Source: Leptogorgia sarmentosa (Eukaryota). From it: DNA of 64,000 bases. The translations under genes were made by a program, and so were the position numbers. Below the pieces are notes generated by a model. The model was not told the DNA's origin, made no database searches, and was given only the letters and a program-made list of their open reading frames with translations. Shown here piece by piece: positions 59,509 through 64,000 of the stretch (position 1 is its first letter; every line of letters starts with the position of its first letter). The stretch lies in assembly GCA_964658305.1 (NCBI GenBank), contig OZ210885.1, forward strand, positions 22,382,001 to 22,446,000, given 5' to 3'.

Positions 59509-62500
59509 ATGAATATGTTTGTCAAAACGCACGCAAAGCGGTTTTTATTTTTGAAATATTTCACATTACAGAATGACGAAACAGAGAGTTTTTCAACCTG
59601 TTGCATCTGTCACACAAGAGCGTCTACAGAAGATGAAGGCAAAATAAGAATGTTCAGCAACACCACATGGACCACAATAAAGCATGTGGCTGATATGCGC
59701 AAAAAATTTAAAACAGACAAATATGTTGAGGTTACACAAAAAATTTTAGTAAGCAGTGAGCAAGAAACCCCAACACTCAACTATCATCCATCTTGTTATA
59801 AGTGTTACACAGCAGTGAAGCGCCGGCGAGAAACCCTGCCCAGTGACGATGAACCCGCGGTCGCAACCAAAAAGGCTTGTATTGAGACAAGACGCTGCAG
59901 CGTCCTCCCCAAGTCGAATCAGCAGCGTTTATTGAAAGGGAGTTCCATTTTCTGCGGTAAAAGCCGTAAGAAGAGAAATGGAGAAGAGGAGCCTAGGTTA
60001 AAAGTTTCTACAGTTTTAGGTTGTGAATCACTTTGCCAGAGGGTAAATAGATCAAAAAATGAACGCATCAAGAGTCTCATTCGAAGTGGCGAGGACCTGA
60101 TCGCTAAGGAAGCAGAATACCACAAATCCTGCCGCGTCCAGTTCCTGAGGGAGACAGATGTTCAAGAGAACCCTACTGAAGAGGGGTCATCTCAGTCCTA
60201 CCACAATAGGGCATTTGCATCTCTGCTTTCCTTTATCCAGGATGAGGTGTTAAGAAAGCATCGATCTGTTTTGATTAGTGATTTACTAAGCATGTACAGG
60301 GAGGAGTTCACCATAGTCGGGGGAGATGGGACGGATGTCCGGACATACACAGCACAAAATCTTACCAGAAAGATAAGAGAGCATTTGAAAGAAGAAGTCA
60401 CAATCTCATTAGTTAACCAGAGACAAGGAAACTTCATCTATAATTCCGATATTTCAGAAGATGATGCTCGGAATCTCCTACACGAGGATGCTGAACGATA
60501 TGAAGAGGAAAACAAGTTAAGATGGGCTGCACTCCATCTAAGATCTCAAATCATGCAGCTTCCAAAGACCAAGACTCCAAATCCTGCAACAGTCCAAAAT
60601 TTAAAAGACTGCGCCCCAGGGATCCCAGAACAGCTAGACTTATTCTTCAAAACTCTACTGTGTGGTATCAGTGGTAACACGTCAACTTTTCGCGGTGCAC
60701 AGAATGATACAGTCGACCGAAAGGTAACTGCAATGGCATCAGATGCCATTTATAACGTAACTCGTGGCACCGTAAAACCATGGAAACACACAGCATTTGG
60801 TCTAGGACTTGCATCCCTCGCAGGATCGAAACTGGTGACTCAGATTCTGAACCGAACAGGACATTGTATAAGCTATAGTGAGATCAAGGGTATCGAGACT
60901 GAATTTGCACATTCAGCTGCGAGTAACGAATGCGACGCTCCAGATGGGATTCGCCTCAATCCAAATGTAGCAACGGCGTGCGTATGGGATAACAATGATG
61001 CAAACGTGGAAACTCTTGACGGGAAGGAAACGTTACATGCGACAGTTGGGCACACATACCAGAATGTGTTGCATGATGACATACAGCCACAGACCAATAA
61101 TAATCCAATTGCGTATCGAGAGGGAAGAAACCGACGAAGTTTTGCCGGGAAGGAAAAGGACATAGCACCATTCAAAAAGTCAATCCACACAGCCCAGTTC
61201 CTCATTCCTGCTGGAGCAGCAACTGCTAATACTCCTTCCGGAGCATCCACTTCAGCATGTCAATCGACCGCAGAAGAATGGAATGAATCCAAAATACGAC
61301 TTAAGATATTAGATCTTTATTGGTTTTGGAATCTAATTCGAGGCGAAACTCCATTGTATGCTGGATTCATGAGCAAGTACATCGAGGATGCCTTGCCACT
61401 TCAACGAATTTGCTACATGGACCCAATTTCTCGATCGCCCACCAACAATGATGTGGTAAAAGAAACGATGATCCGAACCATGAATGTTGTAAACGAAACA
61501 GGCCAAGATTATGCGTTTGTCACCTATGATTTGCAGGTTGCATTGAAAGCCTACTCAATACAAGCAATCGAAGCCCCATTGTTCGACAAACTGTTGATAA
61601 TGCTAGGCAATTTCCACATCGAGTTGGCTTTCTATGGAGCAGTTGGTACACTCATTAAGGAAAGTGGAATGGAATTTATCCTCACCGAAGCCGACATATT
61701 AGCCGAAGGTTCAATGATGGGATTTATCAAGGGGAAGTTCTACAACAGATGCACCAGGATCCACGAGCTAATTGCCAATGTCTTGGAGGAGAAACTGTAT
61801 GAATGCTTTCTATTTGACGCACCTGAAGAGGACCACGATTCCTTCCAAGAAGTGATGTCTACTGTACCTTTAGACCCTAGACTAGCAGAGGAACATTTAT
61901 CCAAACCAGTTGTCACCGATCATCTTCAGAAATACGAAGACTACTTCCAGTCGGTGCTCGACGGAAATCTTGGGTCAACAGCGCAGTTCTGGGCCATTTA
62001 CATCTTCCTAATCAATCGCCTCCACAGAGAACTGCAGAGATGTGTAAAGACGAATGACGTTAATGGCTACATTTGTGTATTCCCAACGATACTGTCAGTG
62101 TTCTTTGCCCTAAACCGACCAAATTACGCCAGATGGGGAACTCTTTTTCTGCATAAGTTGAAAAGTGCAGGCCAGGAGTTGCATGACGTATTACAGAACG
62201 GTGCATTTTCTATCAGACGTACTAAAAAGAATTACAACCGATCCGCTGTCGATCTCTCCTTGGAGCAGACAGTAAACCGTGATGCTGCTTCTAGAATGAA
62301 GGGAATCGTGTCTTTCCGAAATTCGGAGAAGGCAATGCGCTGCTGGTCATTAAACATGACCCAGCGTGCTACGGCAGTCACTGAGCTGAGAACATTCGCT
62401 GGGCTTGAAATGGGAGAAACTGTAACATCCAAATGCCGCCTCTCAAGAATCAAAAGAGACAACAATCAAATGGCTGAACTGAGTGCAAAAATTGACGAAT

Positions 62501-64000
62501 TCTGTAATCCATTCAGAGATGATGCTCCAACGTCCTTGGTGAACATTGCAACGGGTCAAGTAGCATCAAAACCTACTGAATCATATCTGATCAATACACT
62601 GAAACGGGGTGAAGATGAAAGAGACAAGTTTCAAGACGAATGCAAGAAGGACAACAATCGATTTCTACAACCAGTGAAACACACGCGTGTACAGAACTTC
62701 GCTGCTCAAAACGCGAAGAAGCAATCCAAGCTACCCGCTTTAGGGAAAGCCAAGGCAAATGCTGAGAGCCTGAGGGACATGTTTGTACGAATGATCATTG
62801 TAGTTTCAGAGAAGACAGCATTTGACCTTCGAAAGATTATCTCCTACCCAATTACAACGTACCCACTGTCACTTGCACACTGCGATGGGTCTCATATGAA
62901 AACCGAAAAATCGTCACTGCTGAGGAAGCTCGAGTCCCTACAGATGCAAACAATCAAAAACGAAGAATTGCCGACAAGTTACGTGAAGGTCTATGATGGG
63001 GGACTCCTTCTACATTCCGTCCTTTCGCAAACAGCTGTGGGAGCATCTTATGCATCAATGGCTCGGGCCATGCTGTCAGTGGTATGTTCAGGGAGGGTTA
63101 GTGAAGTACATGTTTGCCTGGACAAGTATGTGGAGAACTCCATAAAGGACAGTGAGAGAATGTTGCGGGGTGCAGTTGACTCAGCGTATTCAATAACCGG
63201 GCCAGAACAGAAGATCAGACAAAGCGGGAAAAAACTTCTCACAAATGGAGTTTTCAAGAATGAATTTGCCCAGTTTCTCTTAAAGGAGTGGAAGAAAGGT
63301 AACTACTGGAACATCTTTGGTGGAACGACCGTCATTGCTTCTCACGGCGGCGAATGTTATCAGTACATCCCCAATGAGCTTCATGAAATCAACGTAACCT
63401 GCCCACTACATCTCCAAGGCAACCATGAAGAGGCAGATACCTCGATTGCTTTCCACATTGCAAATATTACAGCAGACAATGTCATAGTGAGAGCATCCGA
63501 CACTGATATCTTAGTTATACTTATTGGCGGTATTGGCCAAGAAAGCCGAGAAGACAGAACGATAGCCGATATTATCATGGATTGTGGCATGGGAAATAGC
63601 AGGAGATATATCAATGTGACCAACATTGCTGACGTCCTGGAAGAGCGCAAATCTGGACTTCCAAGAGCACTGCCTGGATACCATGCCTTCACTGGGTGTG
63701 ACTTCACATCGGCTTTTTACAGGTAAGAATGACAATAGTTTATTTTTGTATAAGACGTTTTTGAAAAGTTTGTCGGAAGTTGTCTGGAAGAATGGGAAAT
63801 ACATTGATATTTCATACTATATACTGTTTCAGAAAAGGAAAAACTAAACCACTTACCATCATTGAGAGGGACAAGACCAACTCCTACGTTGACCTTTTCA
63901 TAAGTATGGGTGACGTGAACAGTGTTGTTGATCTGGATGTCGCATCCGAATTTGTATGCTATGTGTATGCACAAAGCAGTACTCAAGATGTCAATGAAGC
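59509..64000 (+). CDS. Academ transposase (DDE plus XPG-like domain), continuing beyond the window
   Basis: 1405-aa uninterrupted ORF with WDNND..TLH, VTYDL, LGNFH, DLSLEQTVN, YDGG, HEEADT, SDTD and HAFTGCD motifs. An intron at 63723-63832 continues into RKGKTKP. Confidence 0.85.

Noticed and set aside
59919..63707. Minus-strand ORFs within the Academ ORF (and similar ones elsewhere)
   Set aside because: They are antisense shadows of real coding frames.

Overview
This window is AT-rich eukaryotic (animal) DNA with spliceosomal GT-AG introns; a cnidarian-like host is only a guess from the repeat repertoire. It is almost entirely a nested graveyard of mobile elements, and no intact host protein-coding gene is evident. 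From left to right: (1) a 6.9-kb CAC...GTG element (520-7442, 2-bp TT TSD) in an intron of a HECT-domain gene, carrying a Transib/RAG1-like transposase and a convergent unknown 228-aa gene, itself hit by an intact long-TIR DD41D Tc1/mariner; (2) LINE debris, including a 4 x 555-bp tandem amplification; (3) a full-length DIRS1-like retrotransposon with ITR/ICR, inserted into an older DIRS and split by a MULE with a 9-bp TSD; (4) a foldback TTAA MITE and two hAT elements; (5) a decayed U1/U2 snRNA cluster colonised by three divergent Utopia-like RLE retrotransposons (two join U2 at the same nucleotide), a Tx1-clade LINE and an Academ element; (6) about 10 kb of a Maverick/Polinton (adintovirus-like) endogenous virus with PolB, ATPase, protease, capsid genes, integrase and an LRR-transmembrane cargo gene; (7) a long Academ transposase ORF running off the end. 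All family assignments come from motifs and structure read by eye; no database search was run.
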